In this document: positions 19,022 through 27,484 of the stretch, piece after piece | Position numbering within the stretch: position 1 is the stretch's first letter | Layout of the letters: each line of letters opens with the position of its first letter | Translations under genes and position numbers: made by a program | The notes under the pieces: generated by a model | What the model saw: the letters and a program-made list of their open reading frames with translations, nothing else | Databases searched by the model: none | Told to the model about the DNA's origin: nothing | From: an uncultured Faecalibacterium sp. | GTDB lineage: Bacteria; Bacillota; Clostridia; Christensenellales; Aristaeellaceae | Reading direction: 5' to 3' | Length of the DNA stretch: 64,000 bases | Assembly: GCA_964542315.1 (NCBI GenBank) | Contig: CAZIUA010000003.1 | Location: forward strand, 3,679-67,678

Positions 19022-19972
19022 ATGCATGAGTTGACCATCCGCCCGGAGGACGGGTTGCAAGCCGCCATCGACCGCCTGCCTGCGGATGGCGAGAGCGCCG
19101 TCATCCGCCTGATGCCCGGCGAATACCGCGAGAAGGTCGAGCTGCGCCGTCCCCACACCACCATCGAGGGTGCCGGTGCGGACAAAACACGCATCGTCTG
19201 GGCGGATGCAGCCACAGCGCCCCATCCCGACGGGCTGAACATCGGCACCTTCCGCTCCTACACGCTGCTGATCCTGGCGGCGGACTGTCATCTGCGCGGG
19301 TTGACCATTCAGAATGTCGCTGGCCCCCGCGAGACCGTCGGACAGTGTGTGGCGCTCTTTGTGGATGGCGACGGCTTCACCTGTGAGGACTGCACGCTCC
19401 TGAGCCACCAGGATACGCTGTTCACTGCGCCCCTGCCTCCGAAGGAAGTGCTCAAAAACGGCTTCCTGGGGCCGACGCAGCTCCTGCCGCGCGTCCCCCA
19501 GCGCCAGACCTACCGCCGCTGCATCATCAAGGGCGATGTGGACTTCATCTTTGGCGGCGCGGCAGCGTGGTTCGAGGATTGCGACATAGTGTGCGTGGAC
19601 GGCTATGAGGGACGGCGCGCACCGGGCGGATACGCCACGGCGGCCTCCACGCCGGAAGGGCAGAAGTATGGCTATGTGTTCCGCCATTGCAGGTTTCTGG
19701 GGGAAAACGTGCCGGAGGCTTCCTTCTATTTGGGACGCCCCTGGCGGGAATTCGCCAAGACCATTCTGCTGGAATGCCATATCGGCGCACACATCAGGCC
19801 CGAAGGCTGGAATGACTGGGGCAAGGCGGATTTCGCACACACCGGGTTGTATGCCGAATACGGCTGCACCGGTGCGGGCAGCGACACAAGCGCCCGGGCG
19901 GAATTCTCCCGCACGCTGACGGCGGAGGAGGCCGCGGCCATCACCTATGAGGACTTTATGCAAAGCCTGTGA
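19022..19972 (+). CDS. pectinesterase (CE8), no signal peptide seen
   Basis: CE8 signatures are present: QCVALFV, SHQDTLF, GDVDFIFG, YLGRPW. Confidence 0.85.
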   Translation: MHELTIRPEDGLQAAIDRLPADGESAVIRLMPGEYREKVELRRPHTTIEGAGADKTRIVWADAATAPHPDGLNIGTFRSYTLLILAADCHLRGLTIQNVAGPRETVGQCVALFVDGDGFTCEDCTLLSHQDTLFTAPLPPKEVLKNGFLGPTQLLPRVPQRQTYRRCIIKGDVDFIFGGAAAWFEDCDIVCVDGYEGRRAPGGYATAASTPEGQKYGYVFRHCRFLGENVPEASFYLGRPWREFAKTILLECHIGAHIRPEGWNDWGKADFAHTGLYAEYGCTGAGSDTSARAEFSRTLTAEEAAAITYEDFMQSL

Positions 19973-19996
19973 GAAAACTGTGGATAACATAAAAGT

Positions 19997-20034
19997 GCGC
20001 AGCCATCGGACGGATCCGGTGTCTGCGCGTTTTT
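19997..20034. terminator. hairpin terminator between convergent genes
   Basis: GCGCAG...CTGCGC stem followed by TTTTT. Confidence 0.55.
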
Positions 20035-20045
20035 GTTACGCTCGA

Positions 20046-21404
20046 TCAGAAATAGTGATACTTGTTCCGCTTGGCGAACAGGAAGATGCCGCTGAAAATC
20101 ACAGCCATCAGCTCCGCGACGACGATGGAATACCAGATGCCGTCGATGTCCCAGATGAGCGGGAGGATCAGCACGGACGCGACCTGGAACACCAGCGTGC
20201 GCAGGAAGGAGATGAGCGCGGAGGTCAGGCCGTCGTTCAGGGCGGTGAAGAAGCTGGAGGCGAAAATGGCATAGCCCATGAAGAAGAACGACAGCGAGAA
20301 GATGCGGAAGCCGGACACGGTCATCTCCATCAGCGCCTGGTCGTAGCTGACGAAGAGCTTCGCCAGGGGCGTGGCCAGCAGTTCGGCATAGGCGAGCATG
20401 CTCACGCCGAAAATGCCGATGATGGTCAGGCTCTTTTTCAGCAGGCTCTTGAGCTCGGGATGATTCTGCGCGCCGTAATGATAGCCGATCACCGGCGCGG
20501 TGCCGATGGAATACCCCATGAATGCGGCGGAGAAGATCATGCTGACGTACATCATCACGCCGTAGGAGGCCACGCCGTTTTCCCCGGCATAGGCCATCAG
20601 CTGAACATTGTAGAGCATGCCCACCACGTTCATGGCGATGTTGCTCATGAACTCCGACGAGCCATTGGTGCAGGCATGGAGGAAGGCGCGGCCGTTCCAT
20701 TTCGTGCGGCAAAGACGTAGGATGCTGCTGTTTGGGCGTCCGAAGTAGATCAGCGGTACCACGCCACCTACCACCTGACTCAGGACAGTCGCCACGGCGG
20801 CACCGGCCAGCTTCCATTCCTGGGGGAGGAGGATCACCAGCACCGCATCCAGCACGATGTTCGTCATGCCGGCGGCGAAGGTCACGGCCAGGCCGAGGTT
20901 GGGCTTTTCCGCCGTGACGAAGAAGGACTGGAACATCACCTGCAGCACGTTGAAGGGCAGCGCCATCAGGATGATCCGTGCATAGAGCACCGCGTCGTCG
21001 AGCATCTGCCCTTCCGCCTTGAGGAGGATGGCGATCGGCCGGATGAAGACCATGCCCAGCACGGCAAAGACGATGCTCAGCCCAAAGGCCACATACACGA
21101 ACAGGGAGAAAAACTGGTTCGCCTGTTCCTTCTTGTGTTCGCCGAAGGACTTTGATACGATGGCGGAACCGCCCGTGCCCAGCATCAAGCCCACCGTGGA
21201 GAGGATCATCAGGAAGGGCATGATGAGGTTGATGGCCGCGAAGGGCGTCTTGCCTGCGAAGTTCGACACGAAGAAGCCGTCCACCACGCTATAGACGGAC
21301 GAGAAGATCATCATGCCGATGGACGGGAGCGTAAAGCGCATCAGCCGCCCGTAGGAAAAGTGGTCAGAAAGCTGAATGGGTCGTTTCATGTTGTTCACCT
21401 GCAT
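20046..21404 (-). CDS. MATE family efflux transporter
   Basis: 12-TM protein with an N-terminus (LMRFTLPSIGMMIFSSVYSVVDGFFVSNFAG) typical of MATE/NorM. The start is ambiguous between 21404 and 21389. The upstream extension to 21614 overlaps marR and is rejected. Confidence 0.85.
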   Translation of the reverse strand: MQVNNMKRPIQLSDHFSYGRLMRFTLPSIGMMIFSSVYSVVDGFFVSNFAGKTPFAAINLIMPFLMILSTVGLMLGTGGSAIVSKSFGEHKKEQANQFFSLFVYVAFGLSIVFAVLGMVFIRPIAILLKAEGQMLDDAVLYARIILMALPFNVLQVMFQSFFVTAEKPNLGLAVTFAAGMTNIVLDAVLVILLPQEWKLAGAAVATVLSQVVGGVVPLIYFGRPNSSILRLCRTKWNGRAFLHACTNGSSEFMSNIAMNVVGMLYNVQLMAYAGENGVASYGVMMYVSMIFSAAFMGYSIGTAPVIGYHYGAQNHPELKSLLKKSLTIIGIFGVSMLAYAELLATPLAKLFVSYDQALMEMTVSGFRIFSLSFFFMGYAIFASSFFTALNDGLTSALISFLRTLVFQVASVLILPLIWDIDGIWYSIVVAELMAVIFSGIFLFAKRNKYHYF

Positions 21405-21436
21405 CTTCTTTGGACGAAGCCCTGCACGGAAATGCG

Positions 21437-21886
21437 TCAGGGGTTCGCCGCCATTTGGTCGAGTTCTCTGCGGAAGGAGCGGTTGTACTTCTCCATCAGG
21501 GCCATATACTGCGCCAGCTCCTCGGCGGTCCAGCCAGCCAGGGCGCGGCATTCCGTTTCGTGCAGACGGCTGCCGGTCTGGCGGATGAAGTCCTTGCCGC
21601 TGTCCGTCAGCCACACGCGCTTCAACTTGCCCTTGTCCTGCGCCAGATAGAGCAGCCCGTCCGTCTCCAGCTTCCGCATGGCGGAATTGATGGTCTGCTT
21701 GCTGGCACCGCTCTCGTTATATATGTCGTAGAGCAGGCAGCCGTCGCCCTTTTCGTGCAGTGTGTAGGCCACGATCAGCACGCTGTCCGCCACGCCGAGC
21801 TGGCGCGCCGCCTGATGATACAGCGCGTCGAGGTCCTGGGCGAGGCAGTTGAGTTTGTGGATCACTTGCTGATGGTCGTTGCTCAT
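21437..21886 (-). CDS. MarR family transcriptional regulator
   Basis: 149 aa with a winged-helix region (SGASKQTINSAMRKLETDGLLY). Sits directly upstream of the MATE gene on the same strand. Confidence 0.85.
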   Translation of the reverse strand: MSNDHQQVIHKLNCLAQDLDALYHQAARQLGVADSVLIVAYTLHEKGDGCLLYDIYNESGASKQTINSAMRKLETDGLLYLAQDKGKLKRVWLTDSGKDFIRQTGSRLHETECRALAGWTAEELAQYMALMEKYNRSFRRELDQMAANP

Positions 21887-21905
21887 GGTTTCTCCTTCTT
21901 TAATG

Positions 21906-21956
21906 AGTATGATTTCGTACCTGGAGCAATATAGTATGATTTCGTACCAATGTCAA
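21906..21956 (-). promoter_or_regulatory. marR promoter with two 16-nt direct-repeat operator candidates
   Basis: Read on the minus strand: TTGACA (21951-21956), 17-nt spacer, TATATT (21928-21933). AGTATGATTTCGTACC (plus-strand reading) occurs at 21906-21921 and 21933-21948. One copy fills the spacer and the other covers the predicted transcription start. Confidence 0.6.
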
Positions 21957-21980
21957 GCCCTTTGGGAAGAAAAAGCGCGC

Positions 21981-22017
21981 AAAAAGAGCGCCTTCCGCGC
22001 ATGACCGCGGAAGGCGC
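21981..22017 (-). terminator. rho-independent terminator
   Basis: 12-bp stem GCGCCTTCCGCG/CGCGGAAGGCGC, with the T-run on the minus strand. Confidence 0.75.
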
Positions 22018-22040
22018 CCAGTCGTTATTGGGGAGAATGA

Positions 22041-22532
22041 TTAGCCCAGGGGCAGAACCTTGGTGATCTCGTAGAACATCGCACCCTGACGGGCATCCTT
22101 GGTCAGCTCAGCCAGGAGATCCGCATCTTCGATCGCCTCGAAGTAGAAGCGTGCGCCGGACATTGCGTAGGCCTTGTCGCCAGTGGGATTGGCAGCGTAT
22201 ACAGCCAGACCCTCACCATTGGCTTCCAGATTGAGCTTGGACTGGTTCGCGGCCAGACCCAGCTGCAGGTAGTACTTGTCATTCAGCTTCTTGATGGCGA
22301 AGATGAAGTAGCCCGCATTGGGGGTTCCGTCGGGGTTGGTGGTCATGATCAGGTAGCAGCCGGACTGGCTGTTGACCGCATTCATCAGGTCGTCGCCGGT
22401 CAGGCCATATGCCTCGTAGAAATTGGCAACGGACGCAGAGGTGAAGACATCCGCTTCGACGGCATCTTCCGCCAGAGCAGCTACGGGCAGGAACATCATC
22501 AGGGCCAGGAACAGAGCAGCAAACTTCTTCAT
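22041..22532 (-). CDS. small secreted protein of unknown function
   Basis: Signal peptide MKKFAALFLALMMFLPVAALAEDA after GAAAGGAAGG. No family recognised with confidence. Confidence 0.6.
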   Translation of the reverse strand: MKKFAALFLALMMFLPVAALAEDAVEADVFTSASVANFYEAYGLTGDDLMNAVNSQSGCYLIMTTNPDGTPNAGYFIFAIKKLNDKYYLQLGLAANQSKLNLEANGEGLAVYAANPTGDKAYAMSGARFYFEAIEDADLLAELTKDARQGAMFYEITKVLPLG

Positions 22533-22626
22533 GTGGATAACCTTCCTTTCTTGATGCGGATAGGATTGCTGGAACAAGGATACACCGCGGGGAAGTGGTT
22601 GTCAAGCAAAAATCATCGTGATTTCA

Positions 22627-23298
22627 TCACCGATCCGCCTTGGAGAACGATGCGCGCCCGGCCATCAGCGTCCGGACGAAACGGAAGCCGGCCTCCTCAT
22701 AGATGCGGCGCGGTGTGTCGCCATCCGGCCAGAGGGCGCAGGGCAGGGAAATTTGGCGGCAATGGGTGACGAACGCATGGGTCAGTGCGCGCCCCAGGCC
22801 GCGTCCTCGGTGCGCCGTGGCCACCAGCAGGTAGTCGATGCGGCAGATGCCCTCGTCATTGGCATGGCCGTAGATCGCGCCGACGGGCTTTTCGTCCACA
22901 TAGGCGGCGAAAAAGAGGGTGTTCGGGTTCTCCAGCTGACGCTTGGCCACGGCGATCTCCCAGGGCTCACCGGCGGCGCGGAAAAGGTGCTCTGCCAGGT
23001 CGTCCGTCCAGACGGTTACGCGGCGGATGTCCGCCTCCGCCCAGATGGTGCTGTCCGCCGTGAGCAGCATCCAATGCTGTGGCTCCTGCCAGGCGCGGAA
23101 GCCTGCTGCGGAAAGCTCGCCTTCGATCTCCCCGAACCAGCCGTCATCCAGAATGGATTGGTAGATCACCGGATGCGCGCCGATACCGCGGTAGAAATCC
23201 ACAATCTCATCAAGAATTGGGGATAACTTTTCCGTGCGGTAGAGCAGGGCGTGGTTGCTGTCGAAGGAGTCCGGGTTGTCGGCGTTATGGTAGAGCAT
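22627..23298 (-). CDS. GNAT family N-acetyltransferase
   Basis: Acetyl-CoA motif region ...LLVATAHRGRGLGRALTHAF.... Confidence 0.8.
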   Translation of the reverse strand: MLYHNADNPDSFDSNHALLYRTEKLSPILDEIVDFYRGIGAHPVIYQSILDDGWFGEIEGELSAAGFRAWQEPQHWMLLTADSTIWAEADIRRVTVWTDDLAEHLFRAAGEPWEIAVAKRQLENPNTLFFAAYVDEKPVGAIYGHANDEGICRIDYLLVATAHRGRGLGRALTHAFVTHCRQISLPCALWPDGDTPRRIYEEAGFRFVRTLMAGRASFSKADR

Positions 23299-23378
23299 GC
23301 CTCAGGGACGGGGCGTCACATGGGTGAACTCGCGGGGAAAGAGGTCCTCCTCGCGATAGAAGGGCGTCATATCCATAC

Positions 23379-23792
23379 TTACAGCACCATGATGAGCGTA
23401 CCGGCGGTGATGAGCGCCGCGCCGATGAAGGATTTGGTGGTGAAGGGCTCCCTGAGGAAAACGAAGGCCAGCACCAGCGTGATGACCACGCTGAGCTTGT
23501 CGATGGGGACGACCTTTGATGCATCGCCGAGCTGGAGAGCGCGGTAGTAGCACAGCCAGGATGCGCCGGTGGCCAGGCCGGAAAGGATGAGGAAGAGCCA
23601 GCTGCGGCGGCTGATCTCGCTCAGGCCGTGCTGGGCGTTGGTCAGGAAGACCATGCCCCAGGCCATGACCAGCACCACCATCGTGCGGATGGCCGTGCCG
23701 AGGTTGGAGTTCACACCCTCAATGCCGACCTTGGCCAGGATGGATGTCAGGGCCGCGAACACGGCGGAAAGCAGTGCAAGGATGAACCACAT
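23379..23792 (-). CDS. small EamA/DMT-type membrane transporter (single EamA domain)
   Basis: 137 aa with about 4-5 TM segments. ...ASKVVPIDKLSVVITLVLAFVFLRE... resembles single-domain EamA proteins. Confidence 0.75.
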   Translation of the reverse strand: MWFILALLSAVFAALTSILAKVGIEGVNSNLGTAIRTMVVLVMAWGMVFLTNAQHGLSEISRRSWLFLILSGLATGASWLCYYRALQLGDASKVVPIDKLSVVITLVLAFVFLREPFTTKSFIGAALITAGTLIMVL

Positions 23793-23841
23793 AGCACATT
23801 GCCTCTTTTCTGTTGCAGATCTGTCCGAAGGGGAGCAGGTG

Positions 23842-24342
23842 TCAGGGCATATCGGCGGAGGCCTCAGCTGCCAGCACGCCCTCGCCGTTCAGGGTCAGGG
23901 AAGTCAAGAGTGCGTCCAGCAGGAGCGCGGCGCTTTCCGTAGCGCCATCCATGTCATAGGCGGAGAGGATCAGCAGATCCCCCTGCGCGCTGAGCACCAT
24001 GACGATCTGCACATCCACGCCTTCGCCGAATTGGTTGGCATGGACGGCGGTCAGCCCGACACAGCCCTCCGTCACCGCGAGGTCATCGCCGATGATGGCT
24101 TCCGCATCGAACTGGCCCATCAGGCGGATGATGGCCTCTGCCGGGATCTCGTCCGGGACGCGGCTGATATACTGTGCGACGACACGGCTGCTGCCGCGCA
24201 CGAAGATGAAAACGCCCTCGTTGGGGAGGAGCTCGGCGTCCTCCGGAGCGGTCAGGGCATAGGGCGCAAGGGGCGCGGCGTCCTCCGCGATGGCTGGGAG
24301 GGCAAAGAGGAGCATCAGCAGGATGCAGACAAGTTTCTTCAT
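23842..24342 (-). CDS. small secreted protein of unknown function
   Basis: Signal peptide MKKLVCILLMLLFALPAIAEDA after AGGAGG. Confidence 0.55.
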   Translation of the reverse strand: MKKLVCILLMLLFALPAIAEDAAPLAPYALTAPEDAELLPNEGVFIFVRGSSRVVAQYISRVPDEIPAEAIIRLMGQFDAEAIIGDDLAVTEGCVGLTAVHANQFGEGVDVQIVMVLSAQGDLLILSAYDMDGATESAALLLDALLTSLTLNGEGVLAAEASADMP

Positions 24343-24494
24343 ATCGATCAGACCTCCTGTCTGGTTTTTATGATACATCAAGCGGCACGGGATGTCAATT
24401 CAGGATGTAACAAAAGAAATGTGCATCGTGTGCAGCAATCCGTCTGCCTGATACGTTATCATATTGGAAGGATCCCCCCCGAGGAGAAATGCAT

Positions 24495-26057
24495 ATGAAA
24501 CGCATGCTGCTGATGCTCTGCGTCCTGTTGGCGCTGCTGCCCCTGATGGCGCAGGGTGAGTCCGCCGAAGCGATCGTGACGGCGCAATATCCCGATGCGC
24601 AGGTGATCGCCTCCGCCCAGACGGCGGACGAGGCCTTCTTCGTGCTGGCGGACGCGGACGGCGCCCATCGCCTGTGCGGCGCGGCCCTAACCGATGGTGC
24701 GTGGTCGTTCTGGCTGGACAGTGTGGATGCCATTCGCCCCAGCGGGCTGGGGGATGGCTGGAACAGATGGAAATATCATGACGTTACCCTGACCCTGACG
24801 GCGGATGCGCTGTCCATCGGCTACCGGACCTATGGTGTGCAGGCCTGGCAATATGATTTCGCCAAGGATGCCGCAGGGACGTGGCGATTCGTCCGCCTTC
24901 GGACATTGCAGGGCAGCTTCGTGGACGAGCTGACCTTCGCAGAGGGCTGCGTTAACCAAACCAGCACGAAAACCTATGCCGATGGCGGCATGCGGGTGAA
25001 GGTGACGCCGCCCTGCCCCATGCCGTGGCTGACGGATTGCAAAACGCTGGCGGGCTTTGACGCATCGGCCTTCCCGATGGATCTGGGTTGGCTGTCCAGG
25101 GAGGAACTGGCGCGCGTTGCGGCGGAGCTGCTGCCCGGCTACACCCTGCTGGACGGCAAGTTCTCCTCCCGTGCCGTGACGTTCCTGATGGAAAACCCGT
25201 CGGGGGAGGTGGTCTTTCTGGGCGGCGTGCATGAAAACGGCGAATGGGTCTGGACGGAATCTGATCCCCTGCCCGAAAACGTCTGGTGCGACAGCTTCCA
25301 TGCCGGGGATGGCTGCCTGCTCATCGGCTATGAGCTTCCGGGCGAGCCGGACGAATGGGGCGATCTCCCTTGGGTGGAGTATTCGATCGACCTGCAGGAC
25401 GATGGCCGCTGGCTGGTCACTGGACTCTTTTGCTATGACATCTACGACAATGTTAGCTTCCAGCCGGAGGGGATGTACATCAGCATGAGCGGCTGGGTAT
25501 ACGGCACGTCCACACTGGAGAGGGACATCACGAAGATCGTCTGGGCGGACTATCCCGTGTCGCTGGCGGAGATCTTGCCGACCTGCGACCCCACCTGGGG
25601 GGTCGTCGGCGAAGAAAGTCTGCCCCTGTATGCGGACGCGGATGGCAGCGTCCTCCTGGCGGAATACTTCATGGCTACGCCGGTGCAGGTGCTCGATACG
25701 GCGGGCGAACTGGCGCAGGTGCGCATCGCGGACACGGACGTGACCGGTTGGATGCCCGTCGGCGGACTTTGGCTGGGGGCAGATCAGCTTTTTGAAGATG
25801 AGGAGGAGAACGTAGGAGGTGAATGGTACACCTACCTTTGCACGGCGGAATACAACGCCCCCTGGGCGGTCCTGACTGACGGGGCTCGCCTGTACACCGC
25901 CCCGCAGGAGGATGCACCTGCCGTCGAATGGGAAGGGTCGGACGTGTTCCTCATGGCTGACCTGGGCAATGGCTGGTATCACGTCCGAAATGTCTACGAG
26001 ATGGACTGCGCCTATGTTCGCGCAGGGGACTTCGTCCCATCTTTTGCAACTGAGTAA
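24495..26057 (+). CDS. secreted protein of unknown function (SH3-like segments near the C-terminus)
   Basis: Signal peptide MKRMLLMLCVLLALLPLMAQGES. GAGGAG spacing favours the ATG at 24495 over 24489. The last ~10 codons lie inside intergenic repeat family B. Confidence 0.6.
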   Translation: MKRMLLMLCVLLALLPLMAQGESAEAIVTAQYPDAQVIASAQTADEAFFVLADADGAHRLCGAALTDGAWSFWLDSVDAIRPSGLGDGWNRWKYHDVTLTLTADALSIGYRTYGVQAWQYDFAKDAAGTWRFVRLRTLQGSFVDELTFAEGCVNQTSTKTYADGGMRVKVTPPCPMPWLTDCKTLAGFDASAFPMDLGWLSREELARVAAELLPGYTLLDGKFSSRAVTFLMENPSGEVVFLGGVHENGEWVWTESDPLPENVWCDSFHAGDGCLLIGYELPGEPDEWGDLPWVEYSIDLQDDGRWLVTGLFCYDIYDNVSFQPEGMYISMSGWVYGTSTLERDITKIVWADYPVSLAEILPTCDPTWGVVGEESLPLYADADGSVLLAEYFMATPVQVLDTAGELAQVRIADTDVTGWMPVGGLWLGADQLFEDEEENVGGEWYTYLCTAEYNAPWAVLTDGARLYTAPQEDAPAVEWEGSDVFLMADLGNGWYHVRNVYEMDCAYVRAGDFVPSFATE

Positions 26058-26085
26058 ATGGGTCATCCATGCTATATGCGCGCGG
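26026..26085 (+). repeat. intergenic repeat family B, copy 1
   Basis: GGGACTTCGTCCC hairpin ...GAGTAAATGGGTCATCCATGCTATATGCGCGCGG. Aligns with 28651-28710. Confidence 0.8.
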
Positions 26086-26095
26086 TGCGATCTTT

Positions 26096-26142
26096 GGCTT
26101 CCCCTTGAGGGGAAGCTGTCGCCGCAGCGACTGATGAGGTGT
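26096..26142 (+). repeat. intergenic repeat family A, copy 1 (double hairpin)
   Basis: GGCTTCCCCTTGAGGGGAAGCTGTCGCCGCAGCGACTGATGAGGTGT. One mismatch to the inverted copy at 30224-30270. Confidence 0.9.
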
Positions 26143-26171
26143 TGGTTGGGCTTCGGGGTCTTTGCACCTTT

Positions 26172-26213
26172 TCACGCGATTGAATAAACGGCGCCTCGAT
26201 ATAATATACGCGC
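26172..26213 (+). repeat. intergenic repeat family B, partial copy
   Basis: TCACGCGATTGAATAAACGG... matches TCACGCGATTGAGTAAACGG at 28666 onward. Confidence 0.65.
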
Positions 26214-26257
26214 ATGTTTGGGGGTCGAACGGGGGATGCTTTCTGCGAGGTGATCGT

Positions 26258-26662
26258 ATGCGCAGAGAGCATCCCCTTTGGCGCGGGTTTTGGCTGGCAC
26301 TGGCCTGGACGGCGGTGCTGTATTTGCTGGGCGGCCTGGATACATGGCGGATCTTCCGCGGCGATGGAACCGCCCTGATCTATGCGGGCGGACTGCTGCT
26401 GGGCGGCTTGCTGGGGGCGCTGCCGTCCCTGCTGCGCAAGGGGTTGAAGTTCCGCCGGATGGGCGGTGCCGTCCATATCCGCCGCTTGGCGGTCTGCTTT
26501 GGCTGCGGTGCGCTCATGACGCTGGGATCGGGGCTGGCCGGGCGTGGCAGCGTGCTGACGGCCTTGCTGACCGGTTCCGCCGGGGCGTATGGCTTCTGCC
26601 TGATGGCGCTGACCGCAGGCTTTGCTGCCGTCCACCTGCTGGAAAGGAGGCCGAGGGCATGA
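26258..26662 (+). CDS. small polytopic membrane protein, tentatively YeeE/YedE-like half
   Basis: Glycine-rich TM segments (CGALMTLGSGLAG). The ATGA overlap with the next gene supports co-translation. Family assignment is weak. Confidence 0.4.
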   Translation: MRREHPLWRGFWLALAWTAVLYLLGGLDTWRIFRGDGTALIYAGGLLLGGLLGALPSLLRKGLKFRRMGGAVHIRRLAVCFGCGALMTLGSGLAGRGSVLTALLTGSAGAYGFCLMALTAGFAAVHLLERRPRA

Positions 26663-27420
26663 GCATCTGGCTGATCCCCGGTCTGCTGGGCCTGCTGACC
26701 GGCCTGCTGCTGCACTGGACGCAGCTCGACCGCCCCTTTCACCTGCGGCGCGCCATGGGATTCCGCTGCGAAAACGCCCTGCGCAGCGGCCTGACCGCAC
26801 TGGGGTGGGGGATGGCGCTGACGGCGCTGCTGTGCTGGCTGGCCGTCATTGATGTGGACACGATCACGGTGCTGCCGCTGTCGCTGGGGGCGCTGCTGGG
26901 CGGCGCATTGCTGGGCGCGGCGGTGGGGGTGTGCGGCTTCACCCCGGGGACGGCCTTTGCGGGGCTGGCCTGTTCGCCGCTGGAGGTCCTGTGCGTCCTG
27001 GCCGGATGCGCCGCCATGACCTGGCTCATGCCCCTGCTGGAGGGGCTTCTGCTTCCGCTGCGCTATGCGGCGCCCTTTGCCGATGCGACGGTGTTCAAGG
27101 TCACGCTGGATGAAAGCTACCTGCTGGGCGGCGGCTTTCTGGGGCAGGGCTGCGTCGGACTGCTGCTGGCTGTGATCGCCCTCTGCCTGCCTTCGCCCCA
27201 GACGATGCTCCTCACCGACGAGGACATTGCCCGCCGCGCGGCGGAAACGCCCCTGCCCGATAGCGATCCCCCTGCGCCGGATGCATCTGCCGTGCCGGAT
27301 GACACCTTCGTGGCGGCGCTGCCCGGCGAGGAGCTGCTGGTGGTGGATACGGCGCCGGACGCGGAGGAACCTTCCGCCGGGGAAGACGCGTTGGACGAGG
27401 TGGACGTGCCGGAAAAATAG
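26659..27420 (+). CDS. polytopic membrane protein, tentatively YeeE/YedE-like half, with an acidic proline-rich tail
   Basis: Preceded by GGAAAGGAGG. Contains GVCGFTPGTAFAG. The last ~70 aa are rich in D, E and P. The track ORF start at 26278 is rejected. Confidence 0.5.
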   Translation: MSIWLIPGLLGLLTGLLLHWTQLDRPFHLRRAMGFRCENALRSGLTALGWGMALTALLCWLAVIDVDTITVLPLSLGALLGGALLGAAVGVCGFTPGTAFAGLACSPLEVLCVLAGCAAMTWLMPLLEGLLLPLRYAAPFADATVFKVTLDESYLLGGGFLGQGCVGLLLAVIALCLPSPQTMLLTDEDIARRAAETPLPDSDPPAPDASAVPDDTFVAALPGEELLVVDTAPDAEEPSAGEDALDEVDVPEK

Positions 27421-27424
27421 CCCC

Positions 27425-27453
27425 TTGTCACCCTGCGGGATTTATGCTACAAT
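27425..27453 (+). promoter_or_regulatory. sigma-A type promoter
   Basis: TTGTCA, 17-nt spacer, TACAAT, with TGC immediately upstream (extended -10). Confidence 0.55.
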
Positions 27454-27484
27454 CCCCATGAAATCCATCATGGAGGACACACCA

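Noticed and set aside
26096-26142. CTGATGAG inside repeat family A looked like the hammerhead ribozyme core.
   Set aside because: The rest of the hammerhead is missing. No stem II followed by GAAA, and no stem III or cleavage-site arrangement, could be drawn in any of the four copies. The downstream sequences differ between copies.
27227-27484. N-terminal extension of the MFS ORF. Likewise 26278-26658 for the second membrane protein, 21405-21614 for the MATE gene, 48310-48471 for the coiled-coil gene, 28911-29045, 29657-29728, 31636-31725, 49956-50186, 54384-54461, 54475-54564 and 46763-48001 beyond 47911.
   Set aside because: The extensions overlap upstream genes, promoters or terminators and are Arg/Pro/Gly-rich. 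In each case a strong GGAGG-type RBS precedes an internal ATG that begins a signal peptide or a conserved N-terminus.
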